Counted from the stretch's first letter, positions 9,624 through 18,621 are shown. The stretch is DNA of 32,000 nt from Candidatus Helarchaeota ASGARD archaeon Hel_GB_B (GCA_005191425.1 SUPR01000014.1:1-32000); one strand, 5' to 3'. Notes: generated by a model not told the origin, from the letters alone. Translations and numbers: made by a program.

Positions 9624-10475
9624 ATTACGATACTTTTAAATGGGAAATTAATTGCAGAAAAGATCCGTAAAAAGCTAAAAGATGAAATTAATGAACTTAA
9701 GAAAAAAACAGATAAAATTCCCACTTTAGCTACTATTTTAGTCGGTGAAAACCCTGCATCTCAAATTTATGTACGGATTAAACATAATGCATGTAATGAA
9801 GTTGGTATTAATTCTAAAATCATTAAATTATCCGAAAATATTTCTGAAAATGAATTAGCTCAAAAAATAGAGTTGTTAAATATGGACGATTCTATTCATG
9901 GAATTCTACTCCAGCTACCATTACCACAGCATTTAGATTCCAATAAATTTTTTGACCAAATTGATCCAGCTAAAGATGTGGACGGATTTAACCCTAAAAA
10001 TTCAGGCAATCTTTTAATAGGAAATGAAACATTTATTCCTTGTACCTGTAAAGGAATCTTAACAATATTCAAGGAATACAATATTGAATTAAAGGGAAAA
10101 AATGTGGTAATTATAAATCATAGTAATATAGTTGGTAAACCTCTCGCTTTATTATTATTAAATAAAAATGCAACTGTTTCAATTTGTCATGAATTTACTC
10201 AAAATATAACTTATTATACTAAAAATGCTGATATTTTAATAATTGGAATTGGAAATGCTCGATTTATAAAAAAAGAAATGATTAAAGAAAATGCTATTAT
10301 AATTGACGTTGGTATTAATAGGATTGAAAACAAAATAATTGGGGACGTGGATTTTGAGGATGTAAAAAATAAAGTCTATGCTATTACACCTGTTCCTGGT
10401 GGTGTAGGGCCAATGACTGTAGCATCACTTCTTGAAAATACAATTTATGCTTTTAAAAAGTCATTATTAACATAA
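9624..10475 (+). CDS. folD: Bifunctional methylenetetrahydrofolate dehydrogenase/cyclohydrolase
   Basis: The frame is open from 9615 and encodes the conserved N-terminus TILLNGKLIAEKI...LATILVGENPASQIYVRIK, which the ORF track missed (it starts at 9873). Also GILLQLPLP, KDVDGF, PCT, SNIVGKP, DVGINR, ITPVPGGVGPMT. About 283 aa. The start is probably ATT 9624, ACG 9627 or ATA 9630. Confidence 0.95.
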   Translation: MTILLNGKLIAEKIRKKLKDEINELKKKTDKIPTLATILVGENPASQIYVRIKHNACNEVGINSKIIKLSENISENELAQKIELLNMDDSIHGILLQLPLPQHLDSNKFFDQIDPAKDVDGFNPKNSGNLLIGNETFIPCTCKGILTIFKEYNIELKGKNVVIINHSNIVGKPLALLLLNKNATVSICHEFTQNITYYTKNADILIIGIGNARFIKKEMIKENAIIIDVGINRIENKIIGDVDFEDVKNKVYAITPVPGGVGPMTVASLLENTIYAFKKSLLT

Positions 10476-10759
10476 TTTTATAGGTGTAAATTTAATAAAA
10501 TAAATCAATAAAAAGAAAATAGATTTTTTATAATTTACTATCTTTATGCTATTCAAATCATAATTCTCATTGATAATGGAAAAAGGATCTTCTAATGCAA
10601 AAGAATAACAAATAAGAAAAAATAAAACTTATTTATTCTCATATTAACTGCATGTTTACCTTATTTTTTGAAAAATTTAATAAATTTTTAAATATGAAAA
10701 AAAGAGCATCAACAAATTTTTACCAACATTTAATTATTTGAATTTTTTTAATAAGATTA

Positions 10760-11614
10760 ATGATTCATGAAATTTACATAATAACTTCATCAGGCACCAC
10801 GCTCTATTATTATTCGAAAAAAAGAGCCAATGTAGATAAACAAATTATTTCATCATTAATAACTGCATTTGAATCTTTTTCAGATGAAGTATTTTTTAGC
10901 AAAATACAAAAAATCGATTTAGAAAATCGTAGGCTCACATTTCTCAATTTAAATATTGAGAAATCTTTTAAGAACCCAGAAATAAGTTCTATATTATGTT
11001 TTTGTGTTTCTGATTTAGTGGATCACCCATTTTCATTACAGAGATTTTTAAAAAGAATTTTAAATAAATTTATCGAGTTTTTTAATACTCAAAATTATAC
11101 TAAAGGGTTAATGAAACAAATTCCTGAATTTGATGAATATTTAGATAAGAAGATCAAAGCTTCAATTCATCCAAGAAACTGGCTTTTTATTACAGTTGGT
11201 TTTATAATATGTTTAATAGCTTTTTATATTACTACCTTAATATTTTATCAAAAAGGAATTGTGGAATGGCGTGATTTTCTAGCTTTTAGTATTGGAACTT
11301 CTTTAATAAGCCTATCTGGGCTATGTTGTGGTTCAAAACTCTGGAGTATTTTAATTGCATTAACAACGACTTTTGTGATTTCTCCATTTCTAATGTATTT
11401 ATTTAATGAATCTGGTATTGTGTCTTTTGTTTTTTCTGCAGGTAGCTTAAGTGTTATTTCAGGGTTTTTCGGTGGATATATTAGTGAAAGATTGTGGCTA
11501 TTTAAATCAGAAAAATATACATTAAATTGGAAAATCTACATTTTAATTATTATATGTGGAGCTGTTATTTGTCTAATTGAAATTTTCTTTATTTTTCCAA
11601 GTATCATTTTTTAA
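10760..11614 (+). CDS. Longin-like domain fused to a multi-pass membrane domain
   Basis: N-terminus IHEIYIITSSGTTLYYY...DKQIISSLITAFESFSDEVF.SKIQKIDLENRRLTF...LCFCVSD...LQRFLKRILNKFIEFF fits the longin pattern. It is followed by about five hydrophobic segments. Confidence 0.75.
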   Translation: MIHEIYIITSSGTTLYYYSKKRANVDKQIISSLITAFESFSDEVFFSKIQKIDLENRRLTFLNLNIEKSFKNPEISSILCFCVSDLVDHPFSLQRFLKRILNKFIEFFNTQNYTKGLMKQIPEFDEYLDKKIKASIHPRNWLFITVGFIICLIAFYITTLIFYQKGIVEWRDFLAFSIGTSLISLSGLCCGSKLWSILIALTTTFVISPFLMYLFNESGIVSFVFSAGSLSVISGFFGGYISERLWLFKSEKYTLNWKIYILIIICGAVICLIEIFFIFPSIIF

Positions 11615-11827
11615 TAATGAAAATTAGCACCGATTACATCTAATATTTAATAAAGTATTTCGGTAAAAATTAAAGGAAAATCATAAATTTTTCATATTAC
11701 ATCTATATATATCTGATCATTTTATTCATTTAATCTAAATTCGAGGATTTATAATAAAATTCTGTTATCTTTTAATATCTACCAATTATTTTTCTCAATA
11801 TTTTCATTTTCAAAAATTTTAATTTAA

Positions 11828-12988
11828 TCAAACTAGACCTATAATTCCATATATTCCTGCACTATGTGCCTTAATTGCATGGTTTGGGCAACCTTCTACG
11901 CAACATAAACAGCTGATACAAGTTGAACGCCTAAATTCAGGATACTGAGTAATTTTATTTAATGAAATACTTCCAGTTGGGCATAAATCAATACAAGTCC
12001 CGCATTTTATACATTTATACCTTTTAACTCTTGGAATTTTTCTGGTAGCTCGACTATATAGTGGTTGTAATAACCCTAAAGTATCTCCAATAGTAATCGT
12101 TGGAAAATTCAATTTACATTTTACATCATTAATAGAATTTCCCAGAATTTCAATTTGGTTGAGGTCTGCTATTCCTAATCCTCTCTGGTGACAATATTTT
12201 AATGTAGGGACATTAAAAGGATTTATACCACCAATTGATACTGCAACAGAATCAAGAGATACGCTATTTGTTGCTGTTATTATTAGTCCAAGTTCTTTCA
12301 TAACACCAAAAGAGGGCCCTCCAGTGCCATGCATAATATTAATTGCATCCATTATAATTAGGTTGTCCTTATTAATTTTCTTAATATAACTATATAAATC
12401 TGTCAGGACTACGCTAAATTTATCTGGAGAATTCCCATAAGAATGTGACCTTGATTTTACCTTACCAATTTGAACTCCCCAATAATTTTTTACTCCACCC
12501 GTAAATTTAGTTAAAAAATGCGTTTTCCATTTTGGTATATTAATTATAAAATCTGCATTTACAAAATTACTTGATATTGCCGTTTTTTCTAGTCGCTGGA
12601 ATTTCATTATTTCTTTAGAAATTAAAATTGGGTTTTCTAAAAAGGAAGTCCACTCAACTTCATTTTCAATTTCTGTTATAATATCAAATCCTGATTTTCC
12701 TTTATATTTTACCTTTTTGTAGATTTCTAATGCAGTCTTTCCACCCGACATTGGTGAATCTCCTATTATTGGGGTACCTCCTTTATTTTTGACCCATTTA
12801 GCAATATTTCCCACTATTTCAGGACTCGTGATCGCATTTTTAGATGGCATTAAACAATTAGGTTTTAAGAGTACTCTTTTTCCTTTTAGGTCAAAACTTC
12901 CTACTAAATTTATTGACGATTCGATTGCTTGATAAATGCCGGAGTATTCGTTAACTCTAATTATTGAAACTCTATTCAAATGTACCAC
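11828..12988 (-). CDS. DUF362-domain protein with a C-terminal 2x[4Fe-4S] ferredoxin domain
   Basis: VLLKPN, IGDSP, INIPKWKTH, TGGVKN.WG, MDAI..MHG.GP; CIKCGTCIDLCP and CISCLCCVEGCP. The real start is probably TTG just downstream of the AGGTG RBS. Confidence 0.88.
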   Translation of the reverse strand: MVHLNRVSIIRVNEYSGIYQAIESSINLVGSFDLKGKRVLLKPNCLMPSKNAITSPEIVGNIAKWVKNKGGTPIIGDSPMSGGKTALEIYKKVKYKGKSGFDIITEIENEVEWTSFLENPILISKEIMKFQRLEKTAISSNFVNADFIINIPKWKTHFLTKFTGGVKNYWGVQIGKVKSRSHSYGNSPDKFSVVLTDLYSYIKKINKDNLIIMDAINIMHGTGGPSFGVMKELGLIITATNSVSLDSVAVSIGGINPFNVPTLKYCHQRGLGIADLNQIEILGNSINDVKCKLNFPTITIGDTLGLLQPLYSRATRKIPRVKRYKCIKCGTCIDLCPTGSISLNKITQYPEFRRSTCISCLCCVEGCPNHAIKAHSAGIYGIIGLV

Positions 12989-13045
12989 CTAAGTTTTTAT
13001 TTACTAATTAAACACTAATTATAAATATATATTGAGGTATTTAAA

Positions 13046-13738
13046 ATGAGTTTAGATGTTTCAAAAGACCCACGTATTTTGATGGTTGAATATGTAGTAA
13101 ATAAATTGACTGAAATGACTATTAATAAAAGGTATAAACTTCCTTCTAGCAAAGAAAAAACTCTTGTAGCTATTAATAAATTAAATTCAACCATTAAAAA
13201 TATCAAATATAGTTATATTCCACCATTAGATCTCATTAATAACACTTCAGTAAAAGAAATAGATTTAATGGCAAACCAATTTTGGGATGCTATCATAAAA
13301 AATAATGATATTAATGAACAAAACCTAAATATTTTAGAGCTAAAATTTATTTTTAATATTTTAAAAGGTTTTAGAGCACGGTTAGAATTTGGAAATGAAG
13401 TTTCAATTGATAAAGCAATTGATATTATCGCAGTAAAGGTCATTTCAGTTTCAAAATTAAGTAAAAATGAGAATTTATATTTATGTAGAGTTGCTGATGG
13501 TGAAAAAATAATCAATATCATTACTAATCTTAAAAATATTAAAAAAAATTCAGTTATTCCAGCAGCAATTCTACCTCCAAGAGTATTTGGACAAGAAATC
13601 AGTGAGGCTATGTTTTGTTCTGGGAATGATATTCCCGCATTGCATGATAAAGTGGGGGAAAGAATAACAAATTTATCTGAAGATTTATTGAAAGAAGTTA
13701 ATCATTTTATTATCCAAATGATCAAAAGTCTAAAATAA
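13046..13738 (+). CDS. Archaeal tRNA-binding protein with a C-terminal EMAP/Trbp111-like OB fold (COG2517-like)
   Basis: GAGGT RBS; DVSKDPRIL N-terminus; C-terminal AVKVISVSK...LYLCRVADG..IINIITNL...AAILPPRVFG..ISEAMF. Confidence 0.8.
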   Translation: MSLDVSKDPRILMVEYVVNKLTEMTINKRYKLPSSKEKTLVAINKLNSTIKNIKYSYIPPLDLINNTSVKEIDLMANQFWDAIIKNNDINEQNLNILELKFIFNILKGFRARLEFGNEVSIDKAIDIIAVKVISVSKLSKNENLYLCRVADGEKIINIITNLKNIKKNSVIPAAILPPRVFGQEISEAMFCSGNDIPALHDKVGERITNLSEDLLKEVNHFIIQMIKSLK

Positions 13739-13766
13739 TTATAAATGATTTTAAATTTAAGGTCTA

Positions 13767-14855
13767 TCAATCATTCTCCTTCCCAGCTTTTAATCTAAAA
13801 ATGCCTTTCAATTCATTTATTAATTGAGATTTTAATTGAACTCGTGGATTTAATTTTGGTTCCTTAAAAATTTTTCTTGGTTTGAATTGTATTCCAGTAT
13901 TTGGGACTAATTTATATAACTGAGAAATATCTTGACGCAATTCATCAATTTGTTTAAAAACAATTTGTAATTGGTTACTCAACGAATCTTCAATAGTAAA
14001 TAATGAATTAAAGTAAGTCAAAAAATCACTATTTTGAAGATTTGCTAAATTATAAATGCTTGACTTATAAATTTTAAATTCAAACTTGTTTGTCAATATT
14101 GTCTCAATTTTTTCGGCTAAATATTCAAACTTTTCTTCAAATATTATATCATTAACTATTTCAGGGTCATATTTATGGATTAAAACAATGAATTCACAAT
14201 CTTCTTTCTTATTGAAATTTGCAATTATATTTGCAATTTCTCTTAAATATTTTAAAGTTTCTTCAAATCTTCGCTCATCTTGGATATCAATGACATAAAA
14301 TACAAGTGATAAATGATCAAAATATCTATGTGGGTTTTTTAAATATAAACCTCGATATTTTTTCTGCCCTCCAAGGTCTAAAATACTAATATTAAAATTT
14401 CTTAATAATAGATGCTCTCGTTTCATACCAATTGTGGGCTTAATCTTTGAAATTTCATCATGTTTAATTGACTTCTTAAAAATATTAATTATTGTAGATT
14501 TACCTGCATTATCTAGTCCTATAAATGTTATTTTAGTCTTTATTTTCGATTTTATATCTATAATTTCCGTAATCCTTCTTTTTAAATTTAAAATTTTATT
14601 TGTAAAATTAATATCACTAAAAATTTGCTTATTTTCAATAATTCTCTTGAAGTGTAATTTATATAAGCCATTAATTGAAAAAATTTTAAAATCTTCCTTC
14701 AAGATTTCTATTTCATTTTTGTTTAAATCTTTAATAGCACTAATTGGTAGCGTTAAAAATTCATCTAAAGAGAAATTAAATGATTTTATTTGTTCATTGT
14801 TCAATAATTCTTTAATTAAGTCGATATCAAGCCTTTCTGATTCTATGATTTCCAT
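13767..14855 (-). CDS. Asgard-type small GTPase (Arf/Rag-like) with an N-terminal extension and a C-terminal coiled coil
   Basis: G1 GLDNAGKS, G2 KPTIG, G3 DLGGQ, G4 HKYD, G5 SSI; YVID strand; about 105-aa N-terminal and about 80-aa C-terminal extensions. Confidence 0.9.
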   Translation of the reverse strand: MEIIESERLDIDLIKELLNNEQIKSFNFSLDEFLTLPISAIKDLNKNEIEILKEDFKIFSINGLYKLHFKRIIENKQIFSDINFTNKILNLKRRITEIIDIKSKIKTKITFIGLDNAGKSTIINIFKKSIKHDEISKIKPTIGMKREHLLLRNFNISILDLGGQKKYRGLYLKNPHRYFDHLSLVFYVIDIQDERRFEETLKYLREIANIIANFNKKEDCEFIVLIHKYDPEIVNDIIFEEKFEYLAEKIETILTNKFEFKIYKSSIYNLANLQNSDFLTYFNSLFTIEDSLSNQLQIVFKQIDELRQDISQLYKLVPNTGIQFKPRKIFKEPKLNPRVQLKSQLINELKGIFRLKAGKEND

Positions 14856-15021
14856 AATTATCTAAAAAGCTTTTTGAAAAGTAATATTTCTAACTTTTAT
14901 AAGATTTATACCAAATTTTTCTAATGTTTATACACAAAATAAAGAATAAATTAAAGGGAATTTTGAATAGGGCATTTAAAAAAATTAATAATGGTAATGA
15001 ATAAAAAGTATTAATATTTTA

Positions 15022-15969
15022 TTAAGAACAAGCGGTATTCTTAATTTCATTTATTTTCTTCCGAAGAGTTACATCTGAAATAAACGAAATTTTTGCAATT
15101 TTACTCTGATTAATTTTATATTCTTTATATTTTTTCATAACTATATAAATAGCAGCAGCTGCATAGGATTTTGGATCTCCGCTCACAATTAGTCCATGTT
15201 TTTTTGCATTTTCAAAAAGGTTAATAGCTTCTATCTGATATTGAGATGGAATTTTTAATTCATCACCAAACCTGGAAATAAAAGGTGGAATTTTTTGTGG
15301 CGGTAAATTTATATCTAATTCATTTAGAATAAGCCGATAATTTTTCGCGATTTTTTTCTCATCAATTTGCGAGGCATATGTTATTTCTTCTAAAGTTCGA
15401 GGTAAATCTAAAAGTCTAATCGCAATATAAATACAAGCAGCTACTAATTGGTCAATTGACCGACCTGTTGTTAGCCTTTTACTTAATACAACTTTAAAAA
15501 TCCTATTTGCCTCGCGAATTACCTGCTTAGGAAGCCTCAATACAGCTGATATCTGCCCAAACTTGGGATTCGCTACCATAATATTTCTTTCATATGAATT
15601 TGTAATCGATTTTTGAATTTTAGCGAGTTTCGCATATTTTATCTTGTTTTTTACAGATAAAGGATAACCAAAAATATCCATGTTATTATTTGAAATTAAA
15701 GTTCTATAACCATGGTTATTATAAAATGGCTCATTAATCCTTTTATTTTTTATATCATCAGCAGAAAAAATACGATTTTCACTCATAGATAACATAGGGC
15801 CTTTTACAACACCACAATTTTCACAAACATAAATGCCCCTATATAAAATTATATTTGGATTATCACAACATTTTTCATCAAAATCAGAAGATTTAACATC
15901 TGGCTTAAATTCTATATCTGTATTAATTCTAAATTCCATCTTTTTATATTCTAAATCTTCAGCCATCAA
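15022..15969 (-). CDS. tfb: Transcription initiation factor IIB (divergent TFB paralog)
   Basis: Zinc ribbon CCDNP...YVCENCGVV; cyclin repeats (REANRIFK, GRSIDQLVAACIYIAIR...PRTLEEI, GDPKSYAAAAIY, NQSKIAKISFISDVTLRK). Confidence 0.92.
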   Translation of the reverse strand: MMAEDLEYKKMEFRINTDIEFKPDVKSSDFDEKCCDNPNIILYRGIYVCENCGVVKGPMLSMSENRIFSADDIKNKRINEPFYNNHGYRTLISNNNMDIFGYPLSVKNKIKYAKLAKIQKSITNSYERNIMVANPKFGQISAVLRLPKQVIREANRIFKVVLSKRLTTGRSIDQLVAACIYIAIRLLDLPRTLEEITYASQIDEKKIAKNYRLILNELDINLPPQKIPPFISRFGDELKIPSQYQIEAINLFENAKKHGLIVSGDPKSYAAAAIYIVMKKYKEYKINQSKIAKISFISDVTLRKKINEIKNTACS

Positions 15970-16104
15970 ATTTATTATACACCTTAGAAATCTATAATAT
16001 TTTTAAACTAAGGTTCTAAATCCTTTAAATTATAAATTTCATCCTTGATCTAATGATAATAAAAATCAATGGTTCTATTTAAATATTATGAAGAATTTTG
16101 GGAA

Positions 16105-16193
16105 ATAACTATGTTATACAGCTAAACATTGCGACATAACTTTGTTATACCAAAAAACCTTTTTTTATTATTTCATATTCGTTGCGACATAAC
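16105..16193. repeat. Cluster of short direct and inverted repeats (operator-like)
   Basis: ATAAC-N3-GTTAT palindromes at 16105-16117 and 16136-16148, both followed by AC; TTGCGACATAAC direct repeat at 16129-16140 and 16182-16193. Confidence 0.65.
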
Positions 16194-16628
16194 ACCGCCA
16201 TATCGTAAAAAATTAAAATAACTTCAATAATTTTAGTTTTTATTAAAAAAATTTTTAAGAATAAGATATCAATATTTTTCTTAAAATAGATTCAAATTTT
16301 AGTTTTTTCCTAATAATTTCTTTTGATTTTAATGTAGTCTTTTATAATATCTGATATATTTTGCTTTTTACCCATATTTTTTTCTAATATTAATTATATT
16401 TTGGTATATTTTTTTGAATAGACTTTTACTTATTATTAGTCATGACTTTATTTTTTTAAACCCCGCATTTTACGTAAAAAAATCAAGAAAAATTCATTTT
16501 ACAGATTTTTTTATTATTTTTAAAATAAGTCATATTTTTATTTGATGAATGTTTATTCAAATTAATAACATTGGTTAGATCAATCATCGTCAAATCAATC
16601 GCCTAATATAATTATATTGAGGCATGGT

Positions 16629-18311
16629 ATGTTGGTATTCAATATAGAAGAGTTGGAAAGAATTGCCGAAAATCACCTACAAACGAAAAATTACTTGAAC
16701 TGCGCGCAAACGCTTTCTTTAATTGCTGATTTTTTTATAAACAAGAATGATGAAGAAAAATACAATTTTTATTATCAAAAAATTTTGAATTGTTTTAAAA
16801 TATCCGCTGAACAGGAAGATATCGACTTTATGGAAGCAGCTGAAAGATGGTGTGGAGCAGCGTGTTTGGCAAAAGACATTGATTTAAATGAGTATAAAAA
16901 GTGCGTAAATAAAATGGTCGAATCTTTGGAGTCTGCAGCATTAAATGCATTAAAAAAAGAAAATTATAATGATGCTGGTGAATATTATCAACAAGCTGGC
17001 AAATATATCAAAGATGAATTAGACGATAAAAAATTTCAGAACTTTTTTAAAAAAGCTATTGAATGCTATTCAAAAATAATTAATGTAAGAATAAGTCCAG
17101 ATCAAAAGGAAGAATTAGCAAAATTTTATATTAAAATTGCTCGACTTTATGAAGAATTGGACGACCAGGCAAATGCTTTAAATCTATATAATGAAGCTAT
17201 CCAAGCAATTGAATCAAATAAAATAGTCTCTTCCTATGAACTTTTGGCAAAAATCTATAATTATAAAGCAAAATGTTTACAAAAATATCCTGTCGAAAAA
17301 GTCGACCCTGAGGATTTAATATTAAAATCAATAAATTATCTCAGTCTAGAAGCTGATAGAAATTTGGAATTAAAAAATTACTTGAAAGCTGCTGAAAATC
17401 TTTGTCTGGCAAATAATTTATACGAAAAAATACAAAAGAAGGAATTAAATATTAAAAATTTAATCATAAAAGAAGCAAATTGTTATAAATATGTCGCTGA
17501 TATGTTAAAATCGAACGGCGATATATTACAAGCTGCGAAATTTGAGAGAGATGCTGCTTTTTGTTATTATAAATTAAATGACCATAATAAAGCAATAAAA
17601 TTACTATTAATAACAGCTGAACAAATGGAAAATGAAAAACAATATTTAATATCAGCTGAAAATTATCGTGATGCCAGTTTAGTATATGATCAATTAAAGG
17701 ATTATATTAATTGTGGTGAATGTGCATTTAAAGGTGGGAATCTCGCGAAAATTGGTGGCGACGAATATAGTGCACTTGAAAATTTCAAGATTGCATTCAA
17801 TTGTTTCAGTAAAATAGGGGAAAAAGACTTAATTCATAAATGTAAAAAAGAATTAACTAACTGTTTATCCAAAATTGCAGAAGGAGAAATTGAAGTAAAA
17901 AATTATCACTTAGGGGGAACTTATTTGTTTGAAGCTGCTAAGTATGAAGACAATGAAGACCTTTATAGGTCATATCTTGGGCGGTCGTTGGATTCCTATT
18001 TGAAAGCTATTGATATAGCTATTGATGATTCAAACTATTTTATTGCAGCTTATTCTTTATGTTGTGCAGGACTCGTGATGGTCCTATTAAATCGAACAAA
18101 TGACATAATCAATATACTAAAGGAATATCCTGAATTAAATAATGAACGATATACCTTATTTCTTAACGACTTTGTAAATTCTATATTAACTAAAGATATA
18201 TCTAATCAAAAATTAAAAAATATCAAAGAAAAATACTATAAGCTTATTTCAAATTCTAATGAAATTCAAAACCTTGTTTCTTTAATAGAACAGCGCGTTG
18301 GGGAAAATTAA
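16629..18311 (+). CDS. Large SNAP-like (alpha/gamma-SNAP, TPR-like) helical solenoid
   Basis: The ORF opens at 16617; ATG 16629 follows GAGG. Many repeats of the form AAE....AA..A/Y.K (AAERWCGAACLAK, AGEYYQQAGKYIK, AAENLCLANNLYEK, AAKFERDAAFCYYK, SAENYRDASLVYDQ). The C-terminal CAGLVMVLL...EYPELNNERYTLFLNDFVNSI resembles the SNAP C-terminal bundle. Confidence 0.8.
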   Translation: MLVFNIEELERIAENHLQTKNYLNCAQTLSLIADFFINKNDEEKYNFYYQKILNCFKISAEQEDIDFMEAAERWCGAACLAKDIDLNEYKKCVNKMVESLESAALNALKKENYNDAGEYYQQAGKYIKDELDDKKFQNFFKKAIECYSKIINVRISPDQKEELAKFYIKIARLYEELDDQANALNLYNEAIQAIESNKIVSSYELLAKIYNYKAKCLQKYPVEKVDPEDLILKSINYLSLEADRNLELKNYLKAAENLCLANNLYEKIQKKELNIKNLIIKEANCYKYVADMLKSNGDILQAAKFERDAAFCYYKLNDHNKAIKLLLITAEQMENEKQYLISAENYRDASLVYDQLKDYINCGECAFKGGNLAKIGGDEYSALENFKIAFNCFSKIGEKDLIHKCKKELTNCLSKIAEGEIEVKNYHLGGTYLFEAAKYEDNEDLYRSYLGRSLDSYLKAIDIAIDDSNYFIAAYSLCCAGLVMVLLNRTNDIINILKEYPELNNERYTLFLNDFVNSILTKDISNQKLKNIKEKYYKLISNSNEIQNLVSLIEQRVGEN

Positions 18312-18468
18312 ACCACAAATTTTTGGGGGGAAATTTTAGTTAACTATTTTAATTAAAATTATTTAAAATAAATTATATTTGAATAATAATAATTATTTAA
18401 TAAATTTCAAAAATCATTATTTGAAGTATTATTTTTTATTTGGTTAAAAAACAGCTTTAATTAAAAAG

Positions 18469-18606
18469 GTGAGTAAAATATCGGAAATATCTGACAAAAA
18501 GAAATTTAAGATTGTAAAAAAAGATTTATTAGTCGGACTTAAATATGCAAGGACTCTTGACGAGATAATTGCATTATTAAAAAGAAAAATTAGAGAATTG
18601 ACATAA
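18469..18606 (+). CDS. Unannotated 42-45 aa helical microprotein, paralogous to the N-terminus of the next gene
   Basis: Translated by hand: (M)SKISEISDKKKFKIVKKDLLVGLKYARTLDEIIALLKRKIRELT*. GGTGA RBS at 18468-18472; start GTG 18469 or ATA 18478. Below the ORF-track length cut-off. Confidence 0.75.
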   Translation: MSKISEISDKKKFKIVKKDLLVGLKYARTLDEIIALLKRKIRELT

Positions 18607-18621
18607 TGGAAGTTTTAAAAT

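Noticed and set aside
16129-16193. Integron attC-like site suggested by CATAAC/GTTAT boxes
   Set aside because: No complementary R''/R' pair enclosing L boxes, no cassette array and no integrase in the window.
16442-16533. Imperfect inverted repeat ATGACTT...AAGTCAT (possible MITE)
   Set aside because: Only 7 bp are exact, the rest is A/T runs, and no target-site duplication or second copy is evident.
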